From: the human T2T-CHM13v2.0 reference genome, Homo sapiens | DNA: 64,000 nt | Reading direction: 5' to 3' (one strand) | Assembly (NCBI RefSeq): GCF_009914755.1 | Contig: NC_060933.1 | In this document: positions 1-15,209 of the stretch, one piece after another | Layout of the letters: each line of letters begins with the position of its first letter | How positions within the stretch are numbered: position 1 is the stretch's first letter | The notes under the pieces: model-generated | Databases searched by the model: none | What the model was told of the DNA's origin: nothing | What the model saw: only the letters and a program-made list of their open reading frames with translations | Translations under genes and position numbers: made by a program

Positions 1-426
1 GACAGAGGGCCCCTTTTCAGTGCTAGCCCTGTTGCCTTCCCCAAATATCCAGGTTTCCCTCCCGGAAGCCACTCTCCTCCAGGAGGGATCTTGTGGATGT
101 GGCCCCTTCCCACTGAACTGAGGCACAGCCAAGTGACTCCCTTGGGCAATGGAACGCAGGCTGAAGTGGCATGTCCACCTCTGGGTGGAAACACTCAAAA
201 CAGTGTATAGTGGACCTTGTCTCTCTTCCTCTGTCACACCAGCAAGTTGCAGAGAGAGGACATTCCTTAAGCCTGGGTCCCAGGGCACAGCTAACATGGA
301 GCAGAGTGGCAGCCAACCAGTAATGAACCCATGATGTGACTGAGACATGAGCCTTTCTTTTTAAACTGCTGGTATCTGGGATCTGATTGTTGTTGCAGCA
401 AAACCCAGCTTATCCTGACTGATACA
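1..426 (+). mobile_element. MLT1-type MaLR LTR remnant
   Basis: Ends in ...gcagcaaaacccagcttatcctgactgataca, typical MLT1 3' end. Confidence 0.55.
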
Positions 427-814
427 CTCGTATGCTTGCCAGCTCACATCACCTGCTGTCTTTATACGCACTGTGTGGTTTCAGAAGTTTCAAATGCAAC
501 AAGAACATTTAAAGGTAAAACTGAGGGCAGATAGTTAATTAAAATGTACTGCCACATTAAGTTTTCACAACTAAGAACAGTACCAGGCCTGGGATTCCAG
601 GAAGATTGCTTAAGATGCATTGTGTTTGTGGTGGAAATAAAAGCTGGGTACCCAGACCAAAAACTCCCCAACCAGTGATGCCAAGGCAGAGGGTCTAAGA
701 GTTGGAGATTCAGAGCAAGGTGCTGGGGGCACACAGAACATGTTTGCAGGCCATTAAAACAGCTCTCTTCTCTGCACACATGTGAGCTCTTTTCTTGTCT
801 TTCTTTCTCTCTCT

Positions 815-1108
815 TTTTTTTTTTTAATGGATGCAAGCCGTCACGCAGTCACCCAGGCTGGGGTACAGTGGCATAATCATAGCTCACTGCAGCCTGACCT
901 CCTGGGCTCAAGTGATCCTCCCTCGTCAACCTTCTGAGTAGCTGGGACTATAGGCAGGCGCCACCACACCCATCTAATTTTTTAAATTTTTGTGGAGTTG
1001 GGGTCTTGCTATGTTGCCCAGGCTGGTCTCAAACTCCAGGGCTCAAGTGATCCTTCCACCTCGGCCTCCCAAAGTGCTAGGACTATGCTTAAGCCACCGC
1101 ACCCAGCC
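815..1108 (-). mobile_element. AluJ
   Basis: polyT, then diverged Alu consensus. Confidence 0.9.
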
Positions 1109-1837
1109 ATGGGTTTCTTTTTGTTATTGGGCTGCATCTCCAACACTTTCATCTTGGTGTTTGATCTAATCTCTCTGGAGACGGATGGATAAAAGTCAAA
1201 CTTTAACAGTAGTGCCCGTTTTGGTTCATGAAGACAAAATAATTCTGCTCCTCTGAATCCATTCCAAGCATAGCCTTGAGTCCTTACACTGTGAGAACTA
1301 CTTGCAAGCTCCCAGAGCGCTGCTGAGAACATGGAGATTTGCCTGTGGCTGAGATGGTTCCCTTTCGGTTACCAGGACATTTCCAGTTTGGCTGCTAAAA
1401 GCCAAACATCTTTCTTGTGAGCCATTCCCCTGAGATGCCCAAGTCAGCTCTCAAACCCAAATCTCACATTTTCCATTGTGTTTGTCAGCTACGCAAAGAG
1501 TGGGCTTACCCCCAGCTGCAAGTGGCTCTGAGAAACCTGCATCTGATTTAGCGTTCCGCTAACAACTCAGCACTCCCAACAGGTTGTGGTCATATGAAGT
1601 AGGGTCACAGTACTGCTTACATGCACTCACATAGCTATGTGTGTCAAACAGCGAACACTCCTTCTGCCACGAGGAGGGTCTGTCACAGTTTCAGTGCCAG
1701 CCCCGGAGGCCTGGGCTGCCTCGCCGCCTCCTGAGGGCACTCTGGCTGGAGCGAGGAGGGGCTGTATGGATGCCAAGCGGCTGTTGAATAAGGAGATGTT
1801 TGCCTTGCTAGACCTCCCCATCCCATCTTTTCCTTAG

Positions 1838-1934
1838 ACATATACCCAGATGTACCCACATGCACCCACACACATCCACAGGCATCCACACACACCCACA
1901 TGCATCTATACACACCCTCACACCCACACACACC
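1838..1934. repeat. Degenerate (CA)-rich simple repeat
   Basis: cacccacacacatccaca... units. Confidence 0.8.
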
Positions 1935-2689
1935 CTTTGCCTCCTCCATTCAGAACTGCCCGTGGTCTTGCCTTTTTTCCACGAATAAGCTTCAATTTCA
2001 TGGCAGCAGAAAAGAAAAAAAGCACTGCTATCAAAGTCTAATGCTGTCTTTGATGTTGGTTAATAGCAATACAAACAGAAGCTTATTATAGGAAGTGATC
2101 ACTCTCACCAGACTTTAACACACCTTAGACTGAAGCCTAAATGAATGAAGGGATAGAGAAGGAAGTCACCTCTGAAATACCCTGGGCTTGCAGGGTAATA
2201 GTGTGCAGACAGGTTTTGAAGTCAAAGCCTCCAGCAAGGCTTGCTGTATCGCCTCTGCAGACACTGCAGCAGGGGCCTCCTTCACAGTTTTTATTGAAAG
2301 AGATTTCAGGCCTTAATTCTTCCCTCTGGATCCTTGGTAGTTAAAGAAGTGAGGCTTCATGAGGTTAAGGGGTTGGGGGAGCCATCATGTCTCCCCTTTC
2401 CTCCCCATTAGGCCCTCCAATGCTTTGCTGAGGGACTAACCACGACACGCCGATGACAGGTCCCAGTTTGGGGAGTCCCTTGGAGTGAGTGCCACCTGTG
2501 GGTTGTGTCTTGAGGCCCTGCTAGGGAAAACCTTCCCTTAAAATCACCCAGACGTGCTGGCCTGACATTTTGTCATGGGCAAGGGCCATTCGTTTGGGGC
2601 TGCTGGTTTTAAGGACTCAGCTCCAGGAAGAGGAAAACTCCTATGGGTCAAAAGCCAAATCAAAGGCCCCCGGACACAGCCTCAGGGGG

Positions 2690-2880
2690 GCAATAGGGTT
2701 CAATGGTTAGAGCCAAGATCCTGGAAACAGAGGCCTAGCTGTGTGATCAGGGCAAGTTACTTCACTTTTCCTTTCTCTTTTCTATGAAATGGGCAGAGGA
2801 GAACCCACCTCCTGGGCCCGGCATGACAGAGAAACAATGGAGGGTATGCCTCACGCACATCACCAGTGCCTGGCCCTGGA
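2690..2880 (+). mobile_element. MIR
   Basis: ctagctgtgtgatcagggcaagttact...tgaaatggg core. Confidence 0.6.
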
Positions 2881-3068
2881 AAGGGTGAGGAGAGCTCTTC
2901 CTATTCTTAGGACCGCGCCTTCAGCAGAGGGCGTGAGGAAGCTAGGAAGAAAGAAGGACACCAGGCCACAGGAAAGAGGAAAAGCAGCTTTGGCTGAGCT
3001 TGTGATTCTGGCTCTCTGTTCCCTTGCTAACCCCTCATTAGGGCAGACGCCAGAATCAAGATCATGTA

Positions 3069-3540
<472 letters not shown>

Positions 3541-3944
3541 TCAACCAAGACCCATGGTTTCTGCCTTCCTCTTCTTTGGGGTTACCTCCTGGAGCCTCCT
3601 ACCTAGAGAGCAAGCCTTGCTTCTCCTGTTCCATTTGGAAGAGTTGACCCCCGAAACCTAGAGTTGGGGCACCCCATCTCAGTGTTACATCCACCACTTT
3701 CTCAGGGGATGGGATTCTTATGCAAAGGGCTTTTGGAGGCCTTGCCCAATAGCTCAGAATTTGGGTGTAAGCATATAATTTGTTCTTCAATTAGATATTG
3801 TCTTAGCCTGGACCAAGTGTTGGCAGGAATTGGTAGCTGGTGGCGAGGTGAGGAGAGGGCTGAGGACAGGGCAACGGGGACGTGAAGGACTCAGGCTGCC
3901 GCATGGCTAGGAGGCATTCTTGGTCCAGCTAGGACCTCCAGGAC

Positions 3945-4470
3945 AATGTTGACTAGAATTGACCACAGCAGATATCCTTGACTTGTTTGCAACTTCAGGA
4001 GGAAAGTGTCCAATATTTCATCTTTGTATAAGGTGTCACCCACAGATCTTTCGGAGATATCCTTTAGTAGATTATGGAAGTGCCTTTCTATTTCTAATTA
4101 GTCATAAACAGGTGCTGGATTTTGTCTAATGCTTTGTTTAGAATCTATTGAGATTATCATGTGACATTTTTTCTCCTTTATTCTATTAATATGATTATTA
4201 TGTTGAATTTTAAACCAGCCTTATATTCCCAGAAAAAAAAGCCACTTGTTCATGATGTATTATCTTTTTTATATATTTTTGTATTTTATTTGCTGCCTGC
4301 CTGCTCATGAGAGATGCAGGCCTATACTCCCCTTTCTTATAATGTCCTTGTCAAGTTTTGATATCAATGTTATGCTGGCCTCATAAAATGAATTGAGAAA
4401 TGTTCTTTCTTTTCCTAGTCTCTGCATCTTTTCTGTACTATTGATATTATTTCCTCCCTAAATATTTAGA
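3945..4470 (-). mobile_element. Old L1 ORF2 fragment
   Basis: T-rich antisense L1 motifs (atcaatgttatgctggcctcataaaatgaattg). Confidence 0.7.
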
Positions 4471-4486
4471 CTACTTCTTGACATCT

Positions 4487-4970
4487 GTGGTTGTTTTTAA
4501 AATAAGTCCACAAATTCTTTGATACTCTTCTCTTCAAGTGGTGGAGCTTAATTCCCTTTCTTGTGCATGTAGGCTGGATTTAGGGACTTCCAGCTAATGA
4601 GTGGAATAATGGCAGGCCACATCCAAGATTAATTCATGAACTGCAGCTTCTGTCGTGGGTTCTCGTCCCCGTCTCTCTCTCCCCCATCAGTCCCCCTAGA
4701 GAATCCACTTGCCAGGCTGGGAGCTGCCAGTGAGGACCCAAAGCTTCCCAACAACCATGTGAGTGAGCCTGAAGTGGTTTCTTCAGCCCCAGGCAAGCCT
4801 TGAGGTGACTGCAGGGCGACAGCTTGACTGCAGCCTCATGGGGGGCCCTGAGCCAGAACCACCCATCTAAGCTGCTTCCAAACTCCTGACCCTCAGAAAG
4901 CAGGTGAGATGAGAACACGTGTTGCTTTTAGCTGCCATGTCTCAGGGTGATTTGTGATGCACCAACAGGT
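4487..4970 (+). mobile_element. MLT1 (F-like) LTR
   Basis: tgtggtt...gtccacaaattctttgatactc...ccagaaccacccatctaagctgc. Confidence 0.7.
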
Positions 4971-5387
4971 GCTGTGGCTCAGAAGTTAGCTCTGTTAAAC
5001 TCACCTCTTGCTTGTTCGTAGGATACCTTTACATTCCACTGGAGCACATCCTGCATTAACTTCCTAAAAGGAGTATAAGAGTGGTAAAATCGGACAGTTC
5101 TTGCAAGTTTGAGATGCCTTCATGTTATCCTCACACTTGACTCATAGTTTGGCTGGATGTAGAAAACTGGGTGGGTCATAAGTTTTCCTGAAAAGTGTGA
5201 GGACATCACTTGACTGCCTTCCAGCTTCCAGGACACTATGGGGAAATGCAATGTCATCATGATTCTTGTTTCATTGTGTGTCATTGCTTTTTCTTCTCTT
5301 CTAGAAGCTTCTGAGATATTATTTTGAATCCCTAGAGTTATAAAGAATGAGTGTTTTTTCACTAATTATGAAATTAATGGATTCAGT

Positions 5388-5605
5388 GCAGAGCAGCTCC
5401 ACATGGCAGGGCTTTCTGTGATGAGGGAACATTCTTCATCTGCATGCCCAATATAGCAGCCACCACCCACACGTGGCTATCACACACTGGAAATGTGGCT
5501 AGCACAACTGAGGAATGAAATTTTCATTTCATTTAATCTCAATTAATTCTCATTTCAACTTAGTTAACCATGGTAGCTAGTGGCTACCATCTTGAACAGT
5601 GCAGA
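5388..5605 (-). mobile_element. MER3 (hAT-Charlie)
   Basis: ggaaatgtggctagcacaactgagg...gctagtggctaccatcttgaacagtgcag. Confidence 0.75.
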
Positions 5606-7373
5606 TCTAGATATCCTGCGTACGTTCTGATAAAGTGCCTTTTTCTTTTTTATTTCTTCTCCTTTCTCTGGCTTCATTTTTGGGTTCATCATTGTTAGAT
5701 ATCCTTGATTGGTCCTCTTAAGCTTCTTACATTTATGTTCTTCTTGTCCATCTCTGCCTTTTTGTTCCTCCTTTGGAACATTCCCTTTGTTTTCTACTTC
5801 AACTTGACTTTTTTTATTTTGCTTTTTTTCTTTAAGTTTCAAAAGCTCTTCTTATTGTCAGATTGTTTATTTTTAAAGGGTCTTATACTTGATATATGGA
5901 TGCATTATTTTACTTTATCTCTGAGAGGTGGTTTTTTTTAAGTTTTTGTGTGTTCTATGCATTTTCTCTTTCCTCTACGATCACCTCATTCTGTCTCTGT
6001 CATGTGAGTGTTGCTCTTTAATGTCTGATAATCTGGGGCTATTTGCTCATATTTAAGACTTAAGTGTTAAAAGTCTGAATGAAAGCTTTGAGGGGTTGGC
6101 AGAGCTTCTTAGTGTGTGAGAGTCCCTTCAGAGTCCTCAGGTGACAAGCGTCCTGATGGAGGTCCCTAACAGGTCAGTGTCAGGAGGTCTCCTCTCTGGG
6201 TCCATTTCGTTTCTTAAGGGAAGCGTCCTTCAGTCCCGTGCCTGCAGGAGGGCGGGGCCACTGGTGTGTGACTGCCTTCCCATGTTCTGAGAGCAAAGAA
6301 AGGTAAGAAAGCTGGAGACCTCACCATTCAATATGAAGACGTTCCCCATATCCCCCCATTTTTAACCCTGCATCTGACCTCTCTTCTGCACTGCGCTGTC
6401 TGATGGCCCCTAGTCCAGAGCAGAAGAGCTGAATTTCTCACCAGATAACTCTCCAGCCTCCTGAGGGAAGAGGGTGGCAGTTGCCTGGGTGAATGGGCAA
6501 CTTCATCCAGACCTTTATCAACCCCTTGGTTTTTGGCTTCACTGAGCATGGCACCTGGTGCCTTTGAGACCTGACAGGTTCTAGGGGATAAGGAAGCTCC
6601 TTCTCACTTGTGTCCCCTCTGCTGACATTCAAGATGGACATTTTTGGCCTGTTCTGTCCATTACTACTTCTTCAGCGTCTCTCTATCTTTCAGGGTTGTC
6701 CTACAGTCTCTCTTCTACAGCTATGTTGGCCCTTGTGGGTTTACCTTTGTATTTCCTTTATTGTCATCCTGGTGAGCTTTTGAAGGGATAGGAAACAAAC
6801 CCACGTGGCCCCTCCGCATGTAAGAGGCCTTCTTTGTTTTTGAATCTGATTCGAGTTCTCCACATTGGCTTTCCTCCACCAATTAGCCCCACTTGCCTGC
6901 CTACATCTTTCCCATTCACTCAGAAGGCTTCATCTGCAGCCAGCGCCATTCTCAATCCCAGCTGCCTTCTGAAAGCTCACGTTGCTTTTCTTCCCTCCGT
7001 ATCCCTCCCATTTAATTCAACCTCAAATCCCACTATCTCCATGGAGTACTCAATGACTGGTTCAGCCTATAATAAACTTTTTGTTCTCCAATTCTTTTAG
7101 CACCTATAGTTTGCACATGTACTCTAACTCTATTTATTGATTTACTTATTCCTGGATTCATTCCTTTACTTATTAGTTGGGAACTTGTCTCCAGAGCCTT
7201 TTGCTTTGTTAGGTCACGTAAAATGCAGTCATATAGAGCATATTAGAATCATGTGGGAAAGAAAAGGAAAGGGCCAAGGTAAACTGGGGCCAAAAAAGGA
7301 GCCGATACAAGAGCACATGCTGTCACATACTCAGTCCTACATGCTCAATGGGTGCATCAAAAAATCAGCTTCA

Positions 7374-7661
<288 letters not shown>

Positions 7662-8389
7662 TCAGCTTCCATTATCCAGCCTCTGCTAGTGCTCAACAGG
7701 ATGGCTGCTGACACGTTGGGCTTTTTCACGAGGGGATCCCATGTCCTGAAAGGCACATATCCTCAACTCCACCCTCACAGACACTGGGGGTCCGGCAGTG
7801 GACGCCACAGGACTGTCGTGAAAGGTCACTGAGCTTTCCCGGCTAATATGGTGGGAGAAAATTGCCACACTCTTTCGTCAGAGAATATTGAATACCCTTG
7901 TCAGAAACAAGATGCTGGACCTCTGGGCTAACACAGGGTGGCATTTCGCCTGTGACCCCAGCAGTGTCTCCTGGGCAGTGCATAAGACTTGAGTAGTGTT
8001 ACAGGCCCAGCTTTTCACTTTTATGTGAATCTCTGGTTTTCTCTGAATTTTGGTTTCCTTCCTTGTAAGATGAAGATATACTTACCCTGCCCGCTACTCA
8101 GCACTAATATGAGAATCAACTGAGTTAATATCCAAATACTATATAAATCAAATTTAAAATGCTATACATCTATCTTCTTATTGTCTATGCTTTTTCCTGA
8201 AGTCTAAATTACCCTTTTGAGAAACTATACTGTCAAACCTCATATGGTTTGAAGATGCTAAAGGAGACATACCCATGACACACTACGGGGCCTTAAAACA
8301 TATGGGGCTAAGCTGCCTCCGGAAATAGAAAGCCATGTCCCAACATTGAATACACTGAACTTGGAACAGAGAATCTAACACAGCAGATC

Positions 8390-8698
8390 TTTTTTTTTTT
8401 TTTTTTTTTTTTCGGAGACAGGGTCTCACTCTGTGGCCCAGGCTGGAGTGCAGTGACACCATCGTAGCTCACTGCAGCTTTCGTCTCTTGGGCTCAACAG
8501 ATCCTCCTGCCTCAGCCTTCTGAGGAGCTGGAACTACAGGCATGCACTGTCAAGCCCAACTAATTTCCTAAATTTTCTTGTAGAGATGGGGTTTCTTCAC
8601 GTTGCCCAAGCTAGTCTCAAACATTAGGGCTCAAGTGAGCCTCCTGCCTGGGTTTCCCAAAGTGCTGGGATTAGAGGTGTGAGCCACTGCACCCGGCC
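8390..8698 (-). mobile_element. AluJ
   Basis: Full dimer; TSD cagcagatcttt. Confidence 0.9.
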
Positions 8699-8988
8699 CA
8701 GCAGATCTTTAATATATGCAGACATGAAGCCAGGCTAGATGGAGACTGTGTCAGGCTGCATCTCACAAAGCCCTTTCGCATTCTCTATCACATTAAATGC
8801 CTACAACAATGCAGTGAGGTAAGCATGACTACTCTCAGTTTAAAGAGAAGTGAGATGAATTTTTCAAAAATCAATCAGTTAAGTGGGAAGACATTTCTCA
8901 GTCCTAAATCTTGCTCAGCATCCACACAATCTAAAGAATTTGTCTAACCATGGACGATGATAAGAGTGAGCACATACACGCTCTAAAT

Positions 8989-9334
8989 CAGGGGTCCCCA
9001 AACCCCAGGGCGAAGACGGGTACCAGTCCATGGCCTGTTAGGAATCAGGCCACAAAGCAGGAGGTGAGTGGTGGGCGAATGAGCATCCCCACCTGAGTTC
9101 AGCCTCCTGTCAGATCAGCAGCGGCATTAGATTCTCATGAATAAGGGCATGAACCCTCTTGTGAACTGTGCATGTGAGGGATGTAGGTTGCACACTCCAT
9201 AAGAGAATCTAATGCCTGATGATCTGAAGTGGGACAGTTGCATCCCCAAACCATTCTCCCCCTTCTCCCCCCACCCCTGCCCCGCCTTTTTCCACAAAAC
9301 CGGTCCCTGTTGCCAAAAAGGTTGGGGACCACTG
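8989..9334 (+). mobile_element. MER1B (hAT-Charlie MITE)
   Basis: TIRs caggggtccccaa / ttggggaccactg; 8-bp TSD ctctaaat/ctctaaag. Confidence 0.9.
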
Positions 9335-11229
9335 CTCTAAAGGACTCCTCATAGTCCAGTGGCTCTAGGAATGAGTGACAGGCACATAACAGTACTGATA
9401 AAGGAAATCCTTTTGAAGGATGGGCTGAACATGTCCTTTAAATTTGGTTTCAAGCTGGACTGAAAGGAAGATGCTTCATAGGATCTCTGTTTAAAACTGT
9501 GGGGTACAAAGTCCTTTGTTTAGCATCTGGTTCCTGCCCTAGGAAAAGAACATTGTCTTTCTTGAGCTTTGCCTAAAATCCCTAGAGCAGACGATCCTCT
9601 GTTCTCAAACCACCACTTCAAACATCTCAGGGTAGGGGTTAGAAATAAAAGAAAGCTCTTGTTTTTCCCACTACAACCACCATACAAAACGCCAGCAGCT
9701 CATGGCTCACCCCAAACCGCTGGGCACTTAGGGATCCATGGTGGCCATGAGAAGCAACGAGATGGAGAGTGGAAGGCAAAACCACTTACGGCAACATAGT
9801 CTGCCTCATCGCCAATGCCCACATGACTGGCAGAGTGCATGAGCCTGGGGTAAGAGGGGATGGGCATGGAGGGCTCAGGGAGGAGTTGCTGGAACTTTCA
9901 GTACCATGGCTGTCTAGTGCTTAAACCAACCTTCCCACTGAAAACCACCAAAAATGCTAAGGAAGAAAAAGTTTACCTGCACCAAAAACTGATCATTATC
10001 AGGCCAAACCTACATGAAGCCAGACCCCCAAAGAGATAGCTGTGATTTGTAGCTCTTTAGCCCTGAAGGCATTTGCTGAAGTCAGCACATTTGAGCTCTG
10101 GTTTTTACAGCTTCCCAGAGCACTGGGGAAGAAGACAATACTTCAATACTTCGGGACCACCCAAGGTGGGAAACCTAATAGAATAGTGTGACCCACAAGG
10201 CTGCCCCACCCCTTCCCCAAGGCACTGCAAAGAGAAGCTACAGTGCTGAGCAGAGCAGGGGGAGGCAAAAGCTGCACCCGCATAGCAGCCCTCTCTGTGT
10301 TAGCAGCCAAACATACGAAACATCAAGCTGTGAATTTCGTTAAAAGCACTGCAGGTGGATAGTGGCCTCCCGGGGCAGAGGTAAGTGCAGATGTTCTCCA
10401 AGAACACCCCCTCACTCCAAGCCTCAGAGAGACCCCACAAATAACCTTCTAAGGCTAGGGAGTGACCCTGTGAAAAATAAAGCACACAAGGAAAAAGGCA
10501 TCATGAGTGGGAAGCGGCAGAAACCAAGTCAGGGTACCAGGCTTTAGTTTGAAGCGTATGGACTTTATTACAGGGGAGCCCTGTGGACCGTATCTGACCA
10601 CGCTGAGATCTAAGAACATTTTAGCCAAAAGGAGAACAGCATTAGAAGAGGGGATTGTCACCAGTGTGCAGGCTCACACCTCCGACTGACAGATGGCATA
10701 ATTCCCTGGAATTTAAAGTTCCTGGAAAAGCAGAGGATGCAGTGTGGTTGATCTTCTGCTTCTCTTTCCGCGGCTGTTTTCACCCTCCTCTGCCTCATGA
10801 AAGAAGCTGACTGCACTCTGTACCTTCCCCGCTGCCATGACCCTTCCACTATGCTCTGGATAACCAGCTCACCTCCATGTGTTACAGAGCCCACTCAGCC
10901 TATTCTCCAGACAGGATCTGGAGGGTGCCCTCAAAATTAATCCGTCTGCAGTCCATTCCATCCACAGGAAAGCATTTCCTGCTCATCTGGCCAGTTTGGC
11001 TAATGGTGATTAAAAACCATTTTCATCTGCTTCACCTGCTGTTATCACCTGCTTCAAGATCTTGAGACTCTTGTAAATAACCATTTTCGACTTCAGTAAC
11101 CATCTCCATGACCCCATGAGATCCAGCTCATAAGTCCTCCATTGCTTTCACTCGTACAGCACTTGGGTCACCAGCACTTGAGTTAGGGTCCATGGACTAT
11201 GTTCAGTGTCCCACCTGTACCCCAGAACT

Positions 11230-11500
11230 CTGGGTTCCCTCGGCCATTTCTGCACCTCTGGCCTGAGAGCTTTCCCCCAGAACCTCAGAGGTCACTCTCA
11301 CCATATGCCTGCAGGTGGCAGGAAGGCCTGAGGAACTGACACACACTGAGCACCTCCACTAGCAGCCCTGAATCAACTACTCTTAAGACTTGGTGTATAC
11401 ATACCCCAGCTCCCTTGCCTCTTGGGTTAGATAATTCTGAGAGGCGAGTTTCCCTGAGTTCCCATGGGATGGGGCTCCTTAGCACTTACCTTCCCTCCTT
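11230..11500. mobile_element. LTR16-like (ERVL) remnant
   Basis: ggtgtatacatacccagctcccttgcctcttgggttagataattctgag motif. Confidence 0.45.
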
Positions 11501-12049
11501 CCTCTCAGGCTTGTCCAGGAGGATGGGCAGGAGGCACTGAGCTCCCTGGTGGCCTTTGTGAGCACAAGGTCAACCCCAGACCCTTCCTTAGTTCCCAAGT
11601 GACTAGAGCCCGGACCTTCTGGGTGGCTGCCTTAATTTTCCCCTTGTCCTCCTGGAAGGAGGCCCCAGGATGTTGAATTCTGGAGGAGCTAAAAGGCTCC
11701 ACTTAAAACTTCTCCCTCCTCCCTGGGCTAGACCTAAAAATTCTATTAGAATCACACCTCTGTTTCAGACAGAATCTCCACAGCACCCCCAGAGGAATGG
11801 GACAGGGGATGGGAGAGGTCGCGTGAGGCTTATCAGCCACAGGAACACGTCCTTCCAGCAGGGTTAGAGGATCCCAAAGAGAGCAGAGACTCCAGGGAAA
11901 AGAAGAAGAGCACGGAGTCAGCATGGAGACAGTGCTTATCTGCAGGCGGGGAGCCAGGAGGGATTCTTTGCCCTTCTTGACTATACTTTTCAAATTCTCT
12001 AAAATGTTTCAGAAATAAGATAATCACAAAGTCTGCAAGTATCCCCCCA

Positions 12050-12605
12050 CAAGGTATAATCACTTTACAGTGGAGAACACAGCAGACATCACCTAACCAA
12101 GTGATAAAGGTGACATCTCCAGGAACGGCTGCTCCCTGGCAGAGGCAGGGGTGGGGGGTGCACCAGGAAGAACCCAGCACCGCCCCTGGGATTCCGAACA
12201 GTCTGATCCTGAGGGAACGTCAGACAAGCCCAAGTTCAGGGACTTCCTACAAGATAACTGGTCCATATGCTCAAAAATTGTCCAAGTCATGAAAAAATGA
12301 AGAAAATCTGAGAAAGTGTTCCAGATTAGAGGAGACTAAAGAGACGCAATAACTAACCCAAGGTGTGATTCAGCAAAGGCCCATTCATGGGCCTCGGGGA
12401 AATATGATGAGGGTCTGTGGAGGATAACACAACTATATCAATGTTAATTTCCTGATTCAGTCACAAGCCTGTGGTTATTTTGAGGGGAAATATAAACCAA
12501 GGCATTTATAGGGCATCAATGTGGGTGAAGGGTGCATGTGAACTCTTTGCATAATTTTTAAACTGCTTTTAGAAGCTTCAAATTATTTCAAAATAAAAAG
12601 TTAGA
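12050..12605 (+). mobile_element. Old L1 (L1MC/ME) 3' end
   Basis: gacaagcccaagttcagggac...gttccagattagaggagactaaagagac...aaataaaaagtt. Confidence 0.65.
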
Positions 12606-13684
12606 AAAGAAAAATGGCCATTAACTTTATAATCAGAAAAAAAAATGTTTTAGGACAAAAATATGTCTCTGGTCATAGCCTGTGCTGTGAATCCATGGAG
12701 TAGATTCTTGCTGTCAGCAAAGTTCCCAACAGCTGGAGAAGAACAAGGAACAAAAGCCGAGCTGCCCTCCTGAGCTCCCAGGGTCCCAGACACAAAGCTG
12801 GCCTCTCAGGCTTTACTGAAAGATAAGTGCTGATAAGGCCTGCGGGTCATCTTCGTCTACGCGGGCCCCCCAGCTCGCTGAGAGGGGCCCGCCCTTCCAG
12901 AGCTCAGCCAGACATAAGCCAGAGCAGAGCGTGTTTCTTTTCAGCTGAAAGCTGCAGCTGGTGCATCCACCCTGGGTATGAGCAGACTCGCAGCAGGGTG
13001 CCCACCAGAGTGGGGACCTGCAGATGCCCCTGCCCAGAGACGCCGGGAGGCCACAGCCCAGGTCTTCCGGATGGAGACAGAACTTCAGCATTCCGTTTGG
13101 ATCAGTCCAGAAGAAAAAAAAAAAAAAAAAAAAAAAACAAGCAAAATCTCACTATCACTGCTACTAAAACAAGATAAGCTACAAAAACAACTAATGCAAC
13201 TACTGGCTTACACCCAAGTCTCACCAAGTTCCCCATAATAACCAAATTCCCCGTAAGAACGGCCACAAGGGTGACCACACTGACTAGTTGTCCTAGCCTG
13301 GTTGACCACACTGACTAGTTGTCCCAGCGAAGTGTTGCTGGAAACATTGTCAAGGTAAGGTTTGTGCCTGGTCCCTCTTGAGGCCAGGGCTGGAGGTGGG
13401 CCCCTCCGTGCGAGCTGGCCGACTGGCAGACCTGGTTGCATCTGGGCAAAAAAAGGCCATCATCGCCATAGATGCTGGAAGCTGCTCTCTCGCCCACTTT
13501 AACTGTGGGGGCCTCGGCCCCCCGTTTTTTAACTACTGGAAGACGTAGCCCTGAGTCCAACCTCTTCCACGCCTGGCGACGCTGCTAAGAACGCGGAGCA
13601 GGGCTGGAGGGCTCAGCGCCGGCGGGCTCAGCGCCGGTGGGGGCAGGGCGCGGGTCCGGGAGCGGGCGCGGAGGCACGGAGCCA

Positions 13685-13703
13685 CACTGCCCCCTGGCGG
13701 CCA
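13685..13703 (-). promoter_or_regulatory. CTCF motif
   Basis: Minus strand TGGCCGCCAGGGGGCAGTG, near-consensus core. Confidence 0.75.
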
Positions 13704-14025
13704 TCCCCTGCCCCGCCGGCACCGCCTCCGTGAGGCGGAAGGTTGAATGTCACCACTGCGTTGCTGAATTCCGGCTCAAGATTATTAGTGCGGGGGCATC
13801 GGGTCCATCCAGGGGAGGAGAACGTTCCTAATGCGGAGTCACAAGCCCTACCTTTAAGGTCTGGCTCTGGAACTCTGGGCAAGTTGCTTAAATTCTCTGT
13901 TCTCAGCTGCGAAAGGAGGAAAATAATTAAAGCCTGTGTTGTAAAGACCTCACTAGGCAATGTGTGCTCTACAGGCTTTCCCTGCCCCTGACGCAAAGAC
14001 ACACGCACAGAAAGCAAGATCATGA

Positions 14026-14323
<298 letters not shown>

Positions 14324-15190
14324 AGGGTTAGATTTTAACCCAAACACTGTCCCTTCTAATGTTCTCCGCTGCCGCCCAGTGCAGCTCCCAACGCTGACCC
14401 GGGTTTCTGGGGTGGAAGCAGCAGAGGCGCCCCCACCCCCACTCCCGCGCTCCACCGAGCCGGAGGGCAGCCCAGGGGCAGCAGCCCCACAGTGGGGCCT
14501 GAACAGCGTCCGCGGACCCGACCCGCGCTGCGGCCGCGCTGCCCCGCTCCTCTGGGCGCCTCCCCGAGGGCCTCGCTCGTCTGACCCGCAGTACTCTCCG
14601 CCCTGCTCCTCGTGCCTTTGGTGGGCGCGTGGCTTCCGGCCTGCGGAGGCTGTGCCTCCTCGCCAAGGAGCCGTTCACAGCCGCGCGTTCGAAAACCCAG
14701 CCGCCGGCCGCGCGTCCTGGAGAAGGGGCACGGTCAACTCGCACGCCCTAAGGGCCGGGCCACCGGGGTCACTGCCCGGCCTGCGGGGGCCGTGCCTGGG
14801 GCGTAGGAGCAGCGCTCCTCCGCAGGCGCTATGCATGCCTGCGCCCTCCTGCAGGATGGGCCACGAGCCCAACTGCCAGGCGATCGGCCGAGACCCAGAA
14901 GGGTGAGAGGGGGAAGCCGCACCCTCTTCGTGGGTGCGATGCTGTGAACGTCTTCCTTCAAGGAAAGAGCTGCTTCTGGATTTTCCTTGAACTCCAGGAG
15001 GTGCTAAGAAAGCTTCGTGACTGTGGCAGATGCGGCTCAGCGGCCCCTCCCAACCCGCCCGCGCCAGTTGGGAAAGTGACTCCCCCGCTCCCCGCCAGTT
15101 GGGAAAGTGACTCCTTCCTGTGGGCAGAAGGCAGCGGACCTGGAGGGAGCCCTCGGGCTCTGAGAGTCACGCGGGGGGCGGCCTGCTCTC

Positions 15191-15209
15191 CCGCGCCCCC
15201 TAGCGGAGC
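15191..15209 (-). promoter_or_regulatory. CTCF motif
   Basis: Minus strand GCTCCGCTAGGGGGCGCGG. Confidence 0.7.
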
